This document shows, piece by piece, positions 18,212 through 18,265 of a stretch of 18,265 nucleotides of DNA. The notes below the pieces were generated by a model. That model was given only the letters and a program-made list of their open reading frames with translations, was not told where the DNA came from and did no database searches. The number at the start of each line of letters is the position of its first letter. The stretch's first letter is position 1. The stretch is from an uncultured archaeon. GTDB taxonomy: Archaea > Asgardarchaeota > Lokiarchaeia > Sigyniarchaeales > SOKP01. The stretch spans positions 1-18,265 of the forward strand of contig CAYLZE010000105.1 of the NCBI GenBank assembly GCA_964388035.1. Direction: 5' to 3'. Position numbers and translations under genes: made by a program.

Positions 18212-18265
18212 TTATAGCTTCAATTCTCTTATCTTCTTTTTTAATTCAAAGACCGTATCTTGATC
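18212..18265 (-). CDS. 3' end of a gene running off the window (unknown product)
   Basis: Open frame DQDTVFELKKKIRELKL* to TAA 18214-18212, followed on the minus strand by oligo-T tracts. Confidence 0.5.
   Translation of the reverse strand, partial: DQDTVFELKKKIRELKL

Noticed and set aside
1-18265. CRISPR array, tRNA/rRNA, transposase/integrase, selenoprotein recoding
   Set aside because: By eye I found no regularly spaced repeats, cloverleaf or rRNA-like segments, recombinase motifs, or in-frame TGA at a Cys-equivalent position.

Overview
AT-rich 18.3 kb chromosomal window that looks archaeal, most plausibly Asgard/Lokiarchaeia-like. This is inferred from archaeal-type toxin-antitoxin (TA) families, oligo-T tracts after genes and the fatty-acid/amino-acid catabolic content; there is no marker gene. 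Intact genes: FATP-type acyl-CoA synthetase, enoyl-CoA hydratase, Hsp90/HtpG, aldo-keto reductase, an orphan L-fucose isomerase, an ArsR-type wHTH regulator, a membrane protein, a class III PLP enzyme with phospho-lyase-like (ETNPPL/PHYKPL) motifs, a class I/II aminotransferase and a divergent Uma2-like protein. Reading between the called ORFs shows five TA loci (UPF0175/DUF3368, VapB-like/VapC, AbrB/PIN, MntA/HepT, VapB/VapC stub). The toxin is broken in all five, and three antitoxins are still open. No rRNA, tRNA, CRISPR array or transposase was recognised.
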